64,000 bases of DNA from an uncultured Bacilli bacterium (lineage in GTDB: Bacteria; Bacillota_I; Bacilli_A; RF39; UBA660): contig CANPYM010000001.1 of the NCBI GenBank assembly GCA_947588685.1, positions 479-64,478 of the forward strand, read 5' to 3'. Position 1 is the first letter of the stretch, and each line of letters opens with the position of its first letter. This document shows, in pieces, positions 27,924 through 37,231 of this stretch. The notes beneath the pieces are model-generated. The model searched no databases. It saw nothing but the letters and a program-made list of their open reading frames with translations, and was not told the DNA's origin. The translations under genes were made by a program, and so were the position numbers.

Positions 27924-29891
27924 ATGAAAAAGCTAAAATTCTTATTAAAATTAAGCCTTATTTTAATCGTTATTGGCGGGATTAGTTATGTATCAGTCTA
28001 TGCCATAGCTAGATACCAAAAGAAATTACCAATTGAATCAGCCAATAAGTTTTATATATATGACGCAAATGAAGAATTAGTCGATAGTCTAAATGATCGC
28101 GCCGTCAGTCTAAAAGATATTTCCACGCATGTCATTAAAGCGACGATTGCGATTGAAGATAAAAAGTTTTATAAACACGCTGGTTTTGATTTTCCTAGGA
28201 TTCTTAAATCACTCTATATTAATATTAAAAGTGGAGAAACATTGCAAGGTGCATCAACCATTAGTCAACAATTATCTAAAAATCTTTTTTTATCATTTGA
28301 AAAAACGTGGGAAAGAAAATTAAAAGAAGCTTGGCTAACTATAGAATTAGAAGCACAGTATGATAAAGATGAAATCTTAGAAGCATATTTAAATACCATT
28401 AATTATGGAGGAATATATGGGATTGAAAAAGCTAGCCAATATTATTTTCATAAAAATGCCTCCGAGCTTGATTTAGCAGAAGCGACTATTTTAGTTGGTA
28501 TTCCCAAATCACCTAGTAATTACTCCCCTATTTCCAATCCTGAAAATGCCAAAAAAAGACAATTGCTGATACTTGATGCGATGGTTAAAAATAATTATAT
28601 TACGGAAGAAGAAAAAGATGAAGCCTATGCCGAAGAACTAACTTACTACGGCAATTTTACTAGTGATAGTTCTAAAACTATTATGTACTATAAAGATGCG
28701 GTTATTAATGAATTATCCGAAATTGAAGCTATTCCCCCATCTTTCTTAGAGACGGGTGGGTTAAAAATATATACATATTTAGATGAAAAAGCCCAAGGCA
28801 TTTTAGAAAAAGCTATGGATGATAATATTACCAATGATGAAACGCAAATAGCGGGTGTTATGATGGATCCTAATAATGGTCATGTCATTGCCTTAACTGG
28901 TGGGAAGGACTATGCAGTAAGTAAGTTTAACCGCGCTATTTCAGCTAAAAGACAGATGGGTTCCACTTTAAAACCTTTTCTTTATTATGCTGGATTAGAA
29001 AATGGCTTTACCGCCTCCACGACTTTTACCAGTGAGAAAACAACTTTTGTTTTTGGTCAAGATAAAACTTATAGTCCCGCTAATTATAATAATAATTACG
29101 GTAATAAAAGTATATCGATGCCAGCTGCTTTAGCTTATAGTGATAATATCTATGCCGTTAAGGCTCATCTTTTTTTAGGTGAAGAAACGCTTGTCAACGT
29201 TTTAAAAAGAGTTGGCATTACCGGTAATATCGAAGCTGTCCCATCACTTGCTTTAGGAAGTGAAGAAATGCGGCTTATTGATGTCACTGGCGCTTATGCT
29301 GCTTTAGCAAACCTTGGTAGCCGAGTTAAACCCCGACTAATAAAAAAAGTTGAAGATATGAATGGCCATGTTTTATATGAAAATGATGATGAAAAAGAGG
29401 CGGTTTTAAATGCCTCGCTTGCTTTTATTATGAATGAGAACTTAACTAGTACTTATAACTATAATTTTATTGATTATAATTATCCAACGTGTTACGACCT
29501 AACAAAAAGTTTAACCCATAAATATTCTATTAAAACAGGCACTACCGATTATGATCACTTAGTTTTCGGTTATAATGCTAACATTGTGATTGGTCTTTGG
29601 AGTGGCTATGATGACAATCACCCGTCAGAAATTAGTAATGGTAAAGAATTGCGACATATGTGGCGAGATATTGCTGAAGATTATCTTGCCGATAAGGAAG
29701 TATCTTGGTATACCATTCCTAATAATGTCGTCGGAGTCTTAGTTGATCCTATTAGTGGTAAAACAGCTACCAGTAAAACTAAAAAGCCAACAATGTTTTA
29801 TTATGTTAAAGGAACAGAACCAACCTTCGACAATAATCTCGATGCCTTAATACCGACGATAAAAGAAGATGACACATCAAAGAAAAGTTAA
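27924..29891 (+). CDS. class A penicillin-binding protein (glycosyltransferase + transpeptidase)
   Basis: 655 aa. N-terminal TM helix. GT51 motifs IAIEDKKFYKHAGFD and GASTISQQL. Transpeptidase motifs STLKP (SxxK), YSDN (SxN) and KTGT. Confidence 0.92.
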   Translation: MKKLKFLLKLSLILIVIGGISYVSVYAIARYQKKLPIESANKFYIYDANEELVDSLNDRAVSLKDISTHVIKATIAIEDKKFYKHAGFDFPRILKSLYINIKSGETLQGASTISQQLSKNLFLSFEKTWERKLKEAWLTIELEAQYDKDEILEAYLNTINYGGIYGIEKASQYYFHKNASELDLAEATILVGIPKSPSNYSPISNPENAKKRQLLILDAMVKNNYITEEEKDEAYAEELTYYGNFTSDSSKTIMYYKDAVINELSEIEAIPPSFLETGGLKIYTYLDEKAQGILEKAMDDNITNDETQIAGVMMDPNNGHVIALTGGKDYAVSKFNRAISAKRQMGSTLKPFLYYAGLENGFTASTTFTSEKTTFVFGQDKTYSPANYNNNYGNKSISMPAALAYSDNIYAVKAHLFLGEETLVNVLKRVGITGNIEAVPSLALGSEEMRLIDVTGAYAALANLGSRVKPRLIKKVEDMNGHVLYENDDEKEAVLNASLAFIMNENLTSTYNYNFIDYNYPTCYDLTKSLTHKYSIKTGTTDYDHLVFGYNANIVIGLWSGYDDNHPSEISNGKELRHMWRDIAEDYLADKEVSWYTIPNNVVGVLVDPISGKTATSKTKKPTMFYYVKGTEPTFDNNLDALIPTIKEDDTSKKS

Positions 29892-29900
29892 AAAAATATC

Positions 29901-30689
29901 CTACTTTGGGATATTTTCTTTTTTCTTTTGAACTCCTTTATTACTAGTTAATTCACCTAGAGTATCTTTTAGCGAATTACTTATTATTTGATAACTTCTC
30001 TTTAGATAATTATTATATTCATCATCACTAAGATTTAATTCTTTTTTGATAGCTTCATCGGTAGCATAAAAGCCATCATAACCATAATGATAAATCACAA
30101 ACTTAACAAAGATAGGATCATCTAACGGAATGTTATGTAGGATACCTAACCTATTACCAATAAAAAGCATATCATCAATATTATCTTTAGCAGGTAATTT
30201 TTTCAATTCGCGTTTTGTTTGCATAAAGAAAGATGTTTTTTCTTTTTCATTTATATACTTCCTAGCTACTTTTGTAAAATAGATATTAAAGACTTCCGTG
30301 CCATCATACTTTTCCATAACCTCAAGAAGAATATCTTCAATCATCGCCTTAAAGTCTTTTTCTTTGACACCAAATTTTCTTAAAACAAGCGTAAATGGTA
30401 ACCAGTACTGGTCTTCTAAAGCAATCATAGCGTCCATATCACCTTGCCGGATAACGTCACATATTGATAAATTAATAGCTTTATCTAAGGCAAAGCTAAC
30501 ATCGAGTGAGGATGCGTAAAGATCAAAACTTTGTAATAATTGTTCTAAAAAAGATTCTGTTAAAAAGGAAAAGCGTTGATACTTCTTAAGATACTTATCA
30601 ATTAAAAGTTGCCGTTCAGCTAAACTTAATTCTTTTTTTTCTGGTGTTACAGGAGTACGTCCTTTATTTTTATTTTTTTTCTTACTCAT
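29901..30689 (-). CDS. hypothetical protein with sigma-70 region-4-like C-terminus (262 aa)
   Basis: Basic N-terminus. C-terminal block FVKFVIYHYGYDGFYATDEAIKKELNLSDDEYNNYLKRSYQIISNSL resembles a region-4 HTH preceded by an LxLRYG-like segment. Confidence 0.6.
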   Translation of the reverse strand: MSKKKNKNKGRTPVTPEKKELSLAERQLLIDKYLKKYQRFSFLTESFLEQLLQSFDLYASSLDVSFALDKAINLSICDVIRQGDMDAMIALEDQYWLPFTLVLRKFGVKEKDFKAMIEDILLEVMEKYDGTEVFNIYFTKVARKYINEKEKTSFFMQTKRELKKLPAKDNIDDMLFIGNRLGILHNIPLDDPIFVKFVIYHYGYDGFYATDEAIKKELNLSDDEYNNYLKRSYQIISNSLKDTLGELTSNKGVQKKKENIPK

Positions 30690-30701
30690 ACCAAACCTCT
30701 A

Positions 30702-31343
30702 CTATTTATTTACTTTTTGATAACCATTAGATGTTCTAAGACTTTCAAAATAATCTAGATAACGTTCGGAAGCTGCTGCTAACATTGCATCAACTTCTTC
30801 TTCCGTCATATTAAACATTTTAGCAAGCATTGCTGGTGTATATGTACCTAGCTTTGATGTTCCTAATCTTAAGATAAGTAAAATTGCTTCTTCTTGTGAT
30901 AAATAATCTTCTACTTCACTTAAAGTCTTTGTTTTAATAACTTCTTTAATAACTTGCATTGGATCTAAAGTTAATAAACCTTGAACTGGCTCCACATTAG
31001 GATCGGTATATTTTTTTGTCCGTTTTAAAATAGTATGACGCACTACTTCCGGTTTAGAATCCTTACTATCCGTTGAAGACGCTACCATTACTTTTTTCAT
31101 TGGCGCACTTTCTTTTAATATCTTTTTAAGTTTTGGAATGACCGAAGTTGCGACATACTTAGATATTTGAGGGTCAACATCAGATATTACTTCATCATAA
31201 TTAACACCATAAACAGCTTGAACTTTAGTTATAACTTCCTCTGGTAAAAGTTCAATTGCCCCTTTTATTTCTTCCACATAATATTTTCTATCTTCATCAA
31301 AATTACTTAATAAAGATAAAAGGTTACTCTTCTTTCGTGCCAT
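30702..31343 (-). CDS. hypothetical protein with two sigma-70 region-4-like segments (213 aa)
   Basis: N-terminal LLPEEVITKVQAVYGVNYDE and C-terminal LSQEEAILLILRLGTSKLGTYTPAMLAKMFNMTEEEVDAML both resemble the region-4 pattern (LsereReVl.LRfGl...tleEIa..lgvs.erVrqi). Confidence 0.6.
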   Translation of the reverse strand: MARKKSNLLSLLSNFDEDRKYYVEEIKGAIELLPEEVITKVQAVYGVNYDEVISDVDPQISKYVATSVIPKLKKILKESAPMKKVMVASSTDSKDSKPEVVRHTILKRTKKYTDPNVEPVQGLLTLDPMQVIKEVIKTKTLSEVEDYLSQEEAILLILRLGTSKLGTYTPAMLAKMFNMTEEEVDAMLAAASERYLDYFESLRTSNGYQKVNK

Positions 31344-31419
31344 AAAACCTCCCTATAAATTAGCTCTATTATAACACATTTAAACATACCTCGCTATAAA
31401 TAATAAAAAAAAAGAAGAT

Positions 31420-32025
31420 TTACTCTTCTTCAATAATAGCATCTTTAGCTTCGCTTTCTTTCATCTCTTTCGTTACTTTTTTATTTAAAACAGATGAATA
31501 ATCTTTATGTTGTGTCGTATAGTAGATATAACTAACTAATTCTGAGATAGCATAGATAATTAGGAACAAACCTAACATTTTAGAAAACTTTTGTGTTAAA
31601 ATGACAACGCCCACAAGCATAACAACGATAGCTTCAACAAGGAAAATCGTCGAACCGGTCTTATCAACCTTACGAACAGCAATACCTAAAATTAATCTTT
31701 GAATGCTCATAAAAATTAGAAAAGCGCCAATCATTAAGCTTAACGTTAAAACAATAACATCAGACCTAAAAGCAACAAAAATACCAACCCCAACAATAAT
31801 AATACTAGAAATAATTGAACCTAAACCACTAGTATTATCGCGTTTAGATGATACTAAACCGGTTATAAAACGAATAATACCAGCTAAAACTAATATACCA
31901 CCAACAACATATCCTGATAAATCAAGAATAACATTCATGCCTCCAAAGCATAAAACAATGCCTAAAATTAAAACGATAACAGACATCACCAAGGATGATG
32001 TATTAATTGGTTCATTATGATTCAT
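31420..32025 (-). CDS. HdeD/DUF308-family membrane protein
   Basis: 201 aa with six evenly spaced hydrophobic helices carrying G-rich turns, and a charged C-terminal tail. Confidence 0.65.
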   Translation of the reverse strand: MNHNEPINTSSLVMSVIVLILGIVLCFGGMNVILDLSGYVVGGILVLAGIIRFITGLVSSKRDNTSGLGSIISSIIIVGVGIFVAFRSDVIVLTLSLMIGAFLIFMSIQRLILGIAVRKVDKTGSTIFLVEAIVVMLVGVVILTQKFSKMLGLFLIIYAISELVSYIYYTTQHKDYSSVLNKKVTKEMKESEAKDAIIEEE

Positions 32026-32061
32026 ATCAACACCTCATTATAATTATACAACAATGATATT

Positions 32062-32103
32062 AAAAAAGCAAAAAGAAATGACTAGCATATTTAACTAGTC
32101 ATT
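32062..32103 (-). terminator. rho-independent terminator after thrS
   Basis: Minus strand AATGACTAG-ttaaatatg-CTAGTCATT (9-bp stem) followed by TCTTTTTGCTTTTTT. Confidence 0.7.
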
Positions 32104-33856
32104 ACTTGTATGATTTAATTTGTTCTAAAACATAACTAACAAAAGCATCTTGGGACAAAGATATGGTTTCACTATTTCCAAATGTCCGGTAACTAATACT
32201 ATTAGCGTCTTTTTCTTTATCACCAAGAATTAACGTAATTGGTATTTTTTTCGTTTGAGCTTCCCGCATCCGATAGCTTAGTTTCTCTTCCCTATCATCA
32301 AGATGAACACGAATGTTATTTTGTTCTAATAATTGTTCAACCTCTTTAGCATAGTCAAGATGATATGCATTATTAACTGGAATTATTTCTACTTGAACAG
32401 GCGCAAGCCATAGTGGTAAATTACCTTTAGTCTCTTCAATAATATAAGCCATAAAACGATCTAATGATCCTAAAATGGCGCGGTGTAAGACAACAGGTGT
32501 CTTTTTCTCACCATCAGCATCAACATATTTTAAATCAAACTTAGCTGGTAAGCAGAAATCTAATTGGCAAGTTGATAAAGTATATTCATTACCAACGGCT
32601 GGCTTAACATTAACATCTAACTTTGGTCCATAGAAAGCCGCTTCACCGATTTCTTCAGTATATTCAATACCAAGTTCATTTAAAACAGCCCGAAGTTCAT
32701 TTTCAGCCTTATCCCACATCGCATCATCAGGATGATACTTTTCTTTATCAGCTGGATCACGAAGGGATAAAACACAGCGATAATCCGTAATATTGAAATC
32801 TTTGTAAACATCAAAAATTAAGTCGACAACATTTTTAAACTCATCCTTAATTTGTTCTGGTGTTACAAAGATATGAGCATCATTTTGACAGAAATGACGA
32901 GCTCTTTCAATGCCCTTAACAGCGCCACTTGCTTCATAACGGAAATCATGAGCAACCTCACCAATGCGAATTGGAAGTTCCTTATATGAATGCAACTTAT
33001 TAGCATAGATCATCATATGATGTGGACAGTTCATTGGTCTTAAAACGAAAGCCTCACCATCAATCTCCATTGCTGGGAACATATTTTCTTTATAGTGATC
33101 CCAGTGACCACTAGTCTTATATAAATCAACTGTTCCAACGCAAGGCGTCATAACGTGTAGATAACCTAACTTACGTTCTTTAGCTTTAATGTAATCTTCT
33201 AATTGTTGCCATACGATATAACCCTTTGGTAAGAACATTGGTAGTCCTCGTCCAACTAAATCATCAGACATAAATAGTTCTAATTCTTTACCAATTTTGC
33301 GGTGATCACGCATTTTAGCTTCTTCTAATTCTTGTAAGTGAGCATCTAATTCTTCAGCTGTTTCAAAGCAAACACCATAAATACGTTGAAGCATTTTATT
33401 TTTAGCGTCACCTTTCCAGTAAGCACCACTAATTTTTAAAAGTTTAAAATGCTTTAATTCTTTAACAGTCTCAACATGTGGTCCCCGACATAGATCCGTA
33501 AAATCGCCTTGGGTATAACAACTGATAACAGTCTCATTTGGGTCCATTCTTTCAATTAAATCAAGTTTATATGGATCATCTTTGAACATATCTAAAGCTT
33601 CTTCTTTAGATATCTCATGACGAACGATTCTTTTGCCATCTTTAGCTAAACGTTTCATTTCTTTTTCGATAGGTTCTAAGTCCTCTTCTTTAATAACCTT
33701 ATCGCCTAAATCAATATCATAGTAAAAGCCATCTTCAATAACTGGTCCTACCCAAAACTTTGCTTCAGGATAAAGATGCTTAACAGCTTGCGCTAAAAGA
33801 TGAGCACAACTATGATTTAAAATATTTAATCTTTCATTTTCTTTGATATTAATCAT
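32102..33856 (-). CDS. thrS: threonine--tRNA ligase (no N-terminal TGS domain)
   Basis: 584 aa. It begins about 13 residues before the editing-domain HSCAHLL motif. Class II catalytic core (FRYEASGAVKGIERARHFCQNDAHIF) and a C-terminal anticodon-binding domain. Confidence 0.93.
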   Translation of the reverse strand: MINIKENERLNILNHSCAHLLAQAVKHLYPEAKFWVGPVIEDGFYYDIDLGDKVIKEEDLEPIEKEMKRLAKDGKRIVRHEISKEEALDMFKDDPYKLDLIERMDPNETVISCYTQGDFTDLCRGPHVETVKELKHFKLLKISGAYWKGDAKNKMLQRIYGVCFETAEELDAHLQELEEAKMRDHRKIGKELELFMSDDLVGRGLPMFLPKGYIVWQQLEDYIKAKERKLGYLHVMTPCVGTVDLYKTSGHWDHYKENMFPAMEIDGEAFVLRPMNCPHHMMIYANKLHSYKELPIRIGEVAHDFRYEASGAVKGIERARHFCQNDAHIFVTPEQIKDEFKNVVDLIFDVYKDFNITDYRCVLSLRDPADKEKYHPDDAMWDKAENELRAVLNELGIEYTEEIGEAAFYGPKLDVNVKPAVGNEYTLSTCQLDFCLPAKFDLKYVDADGEKKTPVVLHRAILGSLDRFMAYIIEETKGNLPLWLAPVQVEIIPVNNAYHLDYAKEVEQLLEQNNIRVHLDDREEKLSYRMREAQTKKIPITLILGDKEKDANSISYRTFGNSETISLSQDAFVSYVLEQIKSYK

Positions 33857-33867
33857 TTTATCACCCT

Positions 33868-34452
33868 CTAATCTTCTTCATAATGTCTTTCAAATTTTAA
33901 TGTCTTCTTCTTGGCCAGTTCCTTACTAGCCCTTGTCGCTTGAAGACTATCTGGTCTACTAATAAGTTCCCGGCGTACTTTATTATAATTGCCAATTTGC
34001 CCGGTGTGACTATATATTTTTAGTAAACACGACAAATCATAAGTCGACATTGATGACAAATTATAATCGTTAATGTTTGGTAGTGGCGTTTCTGTCGTCC
34101 ATGTTTCTGGACTTGCTTCTAACCATTCATCATCATCCATAACAGAAGACATTCCCATATCCTCAAGATAACGTAATTCTTCAGGTACAACATAAGGAAT
34201 TACTTCATTAGCAATATCGACAACTAAAACAACCTCACCACAATATACCGTCTGCGGATTATCCAAAATATGCGCGTAACTCGTTCGTTTTAAATTAGGG
34301 AACATTTTCGCTAAATCACGATGGGTAAGTCCTTCTTGCATCAAAGCCGGATTATGAATACCCAAAAAGCGCGCAAGAAAAGATGTCATTGTCATCGCTT
34401 GATCTTTTAACCCCTTTAAACGTCTTTTATCATCCTTTTTCTTATCTGCCAT
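33868..34452 (-). CDS. hypothetical protein (194 aa), first gene of the T-box-controlled thrS operon
   Basis: ATG at 34452 lies 7 nt after a GGAGG SD, itself directly after the T-box terminator. Its stop is 11 nt before the thrS ATG, and the thrS SD (AGGGTGA) sits in the gap. No family recognised. Confidence 0.7.
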   Translation of the reverse strand: MADKKKDDKRRLKGLKDQAMTMTSFLARFLGIHNPALMQEGLTHRDLAKMFPNLKRTSYAHILDNPQTVYCGEVVLVVDIANEVIPYVVPEELRYLEDMGMSSVMDDDEWLEASPETWTTETPLPNINDYNLSSMSTYDLSCLLKIYSHTGQIGNYNKVRRELISRPDSLQATRASKELAKKKTLKFERHYEED

Positions 34453-34460
34453 AATAAAAC

Positions 34461-34680
34461 CTCCAAGAATGAAAAAAGCTCCTTGTATATTAAAATACAA
34501 GGAGCGTCAAATACGCGGTACCATCCTCATTTATCGCTTAATTAAGATAACGGTTAACACCGGACATTTCTTTCGAACGCAGCTAAAAGGTAGTAACATT
34601 ATAGTTTGTTTCCTAGTTTACACCAACCACTAGTTCTCTTTAAAACTCTCTATAAAATCGTGTCCTTTATCTTCGCCTCT
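34461..34680 (-). promoter_or_regulatory. T-box riboswitch leader, Thr specifier
   Basis: Minus strand T-box core GGATGGTACCGCG (34526-34514). Terminator GCTCCTTGTAT-attttaat-ATACAAGGAGC plus T6 (34505-34473). Stem I has AGAGAG and distal GGTTGGTG. The specifier context GAA-ACA-A puts ACA at 34609-34607. Confidence 0.85.
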
Positions 34681-34686
34681 AAAGAC

Positions 34687-34715
34687 ATTCTAACATAAAA
34701 AACTAACTTTGTTAA
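34687..34715 (-). promoter_or_regulatory. sigma-A type promoter of the Thr T-box leader
   Basis: Minus strand TTAACA (34715-34710), 17-nt spacer, TAGAAT (34692-34687) preceded by TGT (extended -10 like). Confidence 0.55.
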
Positions 34716-34725
34716 CCTTTTTTAC

Positions 34726-35622
34726 CTAATTTCTTAAATTTTTGCTAAGCATTTCTTTAGTTTCTGTTAATTGTTTAATGCGCGCAATAATTCTAGATGC
34801 TTTAACAGCGTCAACGCCAGATTTAGAATAAGCTAAAAATTCTTCCAACTGTTCTAAAGATAAGTTTGATGTAAAAAAAGTAGGCAAATGATTATCCATT
34901 CGATATTGTAAAAGTGGGCATAATATTTCATCCCGATTCCAATCAGTTATATGTTCCGCACCAATATCATCAATTAAAAGTAACGGAGTTTCTTTAGCTT
35001 TCATAAAATTATCATTAAAATTATCTAAGAAAGCTCCTCTTACAAACTCTGGCCAAAAGATAATCATACTATGGTAGCCATCTCTAGCTAAATCATTAAA
35101 TAAGGCCGAAATAATATATGATTTACCACAGCCAAAATTACCGTGAAGATAAAGACCTTTTAAATGTTGATTATTAGGATAATCCTTATAAAAATTGTTG
35201 ATCCATAAAATTGTATCAAAGCGATTTTTATCGGTCTTATGAATCTTACTGATAGAAGCCTCTTTTAGTGCGTCAGGTAAACCTAGATATGTAACTCTAT
35301 CCAAATACTCAGTATTTTGTTTTAATTTACGATAATACTTACAAGGACGATATTCAAAGTTTAAATTACCATCAACATTAATTGGCATATAGACATGGCC
35401 CTTAACTTTATTTGGGCAAGTAGCAAGACTTTTACATTCTAAACAGTTATGATATTCACACCCAGCTTTTTCTAGCATCGTTGTATTTTCCATCAAGATC
35501 TCATCAGGTAATTTTAAGCCTTTTACAATTTTGGCTACAACCGGATCTTTAAGGACTTTTTGATACTCTTTTTTTAAGTCAAACTTAGGCATATTATCAA
35601 CGTTAATTTCAAGTTTTTTCAC
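34726..35622 (-). CDS. dnaI: primosomal helicase loader DnaI
   Basis: 298 aa. N-terminal Cys cluster (CEYHNCLECKSLATC), AAA+ Walker A GNFGCGKS, Walker B LLLIDDIG. GTG start overlaps the upstream stop (GTGA). Confidence 0.85.
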   Translation of the reverse strand: MKKLEINVDNMPKFDLKKEYQKVLKDPVVAKIVKGLKLPDEILMENTTMLEKAGCEYHNCLECKSLATCPNKVKGHVYMPINVDGNLNFEYRPCKYYRKLKQNTEYLDRVTYLGLPDALKEASISKIHKTDKNRFDTILWINNFYKDYPNNQHLKGLYLHGNFGCGKSYIISALFNDLARDGYHSMIIFWPEFVRGAFLDNFNDNFMKAKETPLLLIDDIGAEHITDWNRDEILCPLLQYRMDNHLPTFFTSNLSLEQLEEFLAYSKSGVDAVKASRIIARIKQLTETKEMLSKNLRN

Positions 35623-36905
35623 TTTTTATCCCCCTTTAATAAGGCTTCAAAAGCTTTTATTTCTTCATCAGTAGCTGTATCTTCTTTGATATCTTTATCA
35701 AACCATTCCGGCTTTTTAGCAATTTTTTTAGGAGATGCTTTCGTCTCTTTTTTATTATGACGCTCCTGGTACTCCTTTTCAGCTAACGCCATTGCATCCT
35801 CAACGGTTTCAATATTGCTTTTCTTCCACTGCGAAGCAATCGTATCAACAAAAGCTTTGGTTAGTTTATTATTATTAATTTTAAGAACATAGTCGATTAA
35901 AACATTAACAACCCCAGGCTGTAATTCCAAATCTAATAGCAAATAAGAAACTATTTTTAAATCACTAACCGATGGTGTCCCTGTTGGATACTTACTTTGA
36001 AGAAAATCATATGGTGAGGTTGTTTCAAACATCTTAATCATTCGCATCCGATTAGATAATCCATCTTTAGTTGTTCTTAAATATTCTGGTTGCTTACGAT
36101 AAATTAAACTAGGTAGTTTACCAGCATTATCATATTGATAATACTTGATAGCGTTATCCTTTAATTTATTTTTATCAATCGTATGCCGATCAGTTAAAGA
36201 ATTACGAATAAGTTCAACCATCGCTTCATTATCATAATTATAAATAAATGATATTTTCATTAAGTAGTCTTTCGTATCTTTCGTAAGACTGCGATGATTC
36301 AATAGTTCCGGTGGGATTAAGTTTAAGATAGTGTTAATATCAATTTTCGATACAATACTTAACGTCCGGGTATTCTTATTTTTTAAATTATACATTTCTA
36401 AATTACGGGATAACGTTGTTGTCCAAACGAATGTATCACTAAACTTACTCGTAATATCTTCATAATTACGAAGATTAATATTAGGAACTTTAAAATAGTC
36501 TATAATGCGTTCATATTCCTTTTCGCCGACCGCATTCATTAAAGCTGTATTAAGAATAGGATTATCTAAAAACTCTTTCGCACTTAGTGGTGAATATAAT
36601 TCATAGACATAATTATTCACACTTTCCCGCTTTAAATAAGTCTTAATTAGACCGATTGCTTCTAATTTTTCTCTTGCTAACATAAACTCATTACAGCTTA
36701 ACATCATATTGTTTAAAAGCGTATTATGCGTATATTCCAAAGACATTACTTCCGCACGGTTTAGATAAGCTGCTAAGGTATTATAAAGACTAACGGCCAT
36801 CGCTCCAATTAGCGGTTGATATAAATTGATAAGAAGGTCGTTATCATTTTGAATTATTGTCTTATTTATAACAACAAAGGTATCTGATGGTAAAACATTA
36901 TTCAT
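35619..36905 (-). CDS. dnaB: replication initiation/membrane attachment protein, DnaB(Bsu)/DnaD-domain family
   Basis: 428 aa, directly upstream of and overlapping dnaI, as in the Bacillus dnaB-dnaI operon. C-terminal DnaD-like repeat (LIDYVLKINNNKLTKAFVDTIASQWKK). Confidence 0.7.
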   Translation of the reverse strand: MNNVLPSDTFVVINKTIIQNDNDLLINLYQPLIGAMAVSLYNTLAAYLNRAEVMSLEYTHNTLLNNMMLSCNEFMLAREKLEAIGLIKTYLKRESVNNYVYELYSPLSAKEFLDNPILNTALMNAVGEKEYERIIDYFKVPNINLRNYEDITSKFSDTFVWTTTLSRNLEMYNLKNKNTRTLSIVSKIDINTILNLIPPELLNHRSLTKDTKDYLMKISFIYNYDNEAMVELIRNSLTDRHTIDKNKLKDNAIKYYQYDNAGKLPSLIYRKQPEYLRTTKDGLSNRMRMIKMFETTSPYDFLQSKYPTGTPSVSDLKIVSYLLLDLELQPGVVNVLIDYVLKINNNKLTKAFVDTIASQWKKSNIETVEDAMALAEKEYQERHNKKETKASPKKIAKKPEWFDKDIKEDTATDEEIKAFEALLKGDKK

Positions 36906-36972
36906 AACTTTCCTCCTTATAAAAATATCTTATCATAATTGAATATAAAAAAAAAGTAATAAAAATTATTAC

Positions 36973-37179
36973 TTATAAAATAGCACATAAAATCATAAAA
37001 GCTAATCCTAAAACAAAAGTAAAACGCGTCATAAATAATTCGCCACCACGCTCTTTACGATTAGCAAATAAATCACTATTACCACCGCTGATAAGGCCAC
37101 CATCACCTTCAGCGCCACCTTGTAATAAAACAAAGGAAATTAATAAGATACAAATAATAATTAAGGCTATTGTCATCAT
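36973..37179 (-). CDS. secG: preprotein translocase subunit SecG
   Basis: 68 aa with two TM helices flanking a Gly-rich loop (VLLQGGAEGDGGLISGGNSDLF...RGGE), matching the SecG pattern. Confidence 0.8.
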   Translation of the reverse strand: MMTIALIIICILLISFVLLQGGAEGDGGLISGGNSDLFANRKERGGELFMTRFTFVLGLAFMILCAIL

Positions 37180-37231
37180 AAACCTCCCAACTAGATATTA
37201 ATTTATCATATTTACTTAAAGAAAGCAAGTT

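Noticed and set aside
33868-34452. The idea that the 194-aa ORF upstream of thrS is the detached TGS domain of ThrRS
   Set aside because: Its sequence shows no beta-grasp TGS pattern and it is three times too long. The co-regulation is kept as an observation only.
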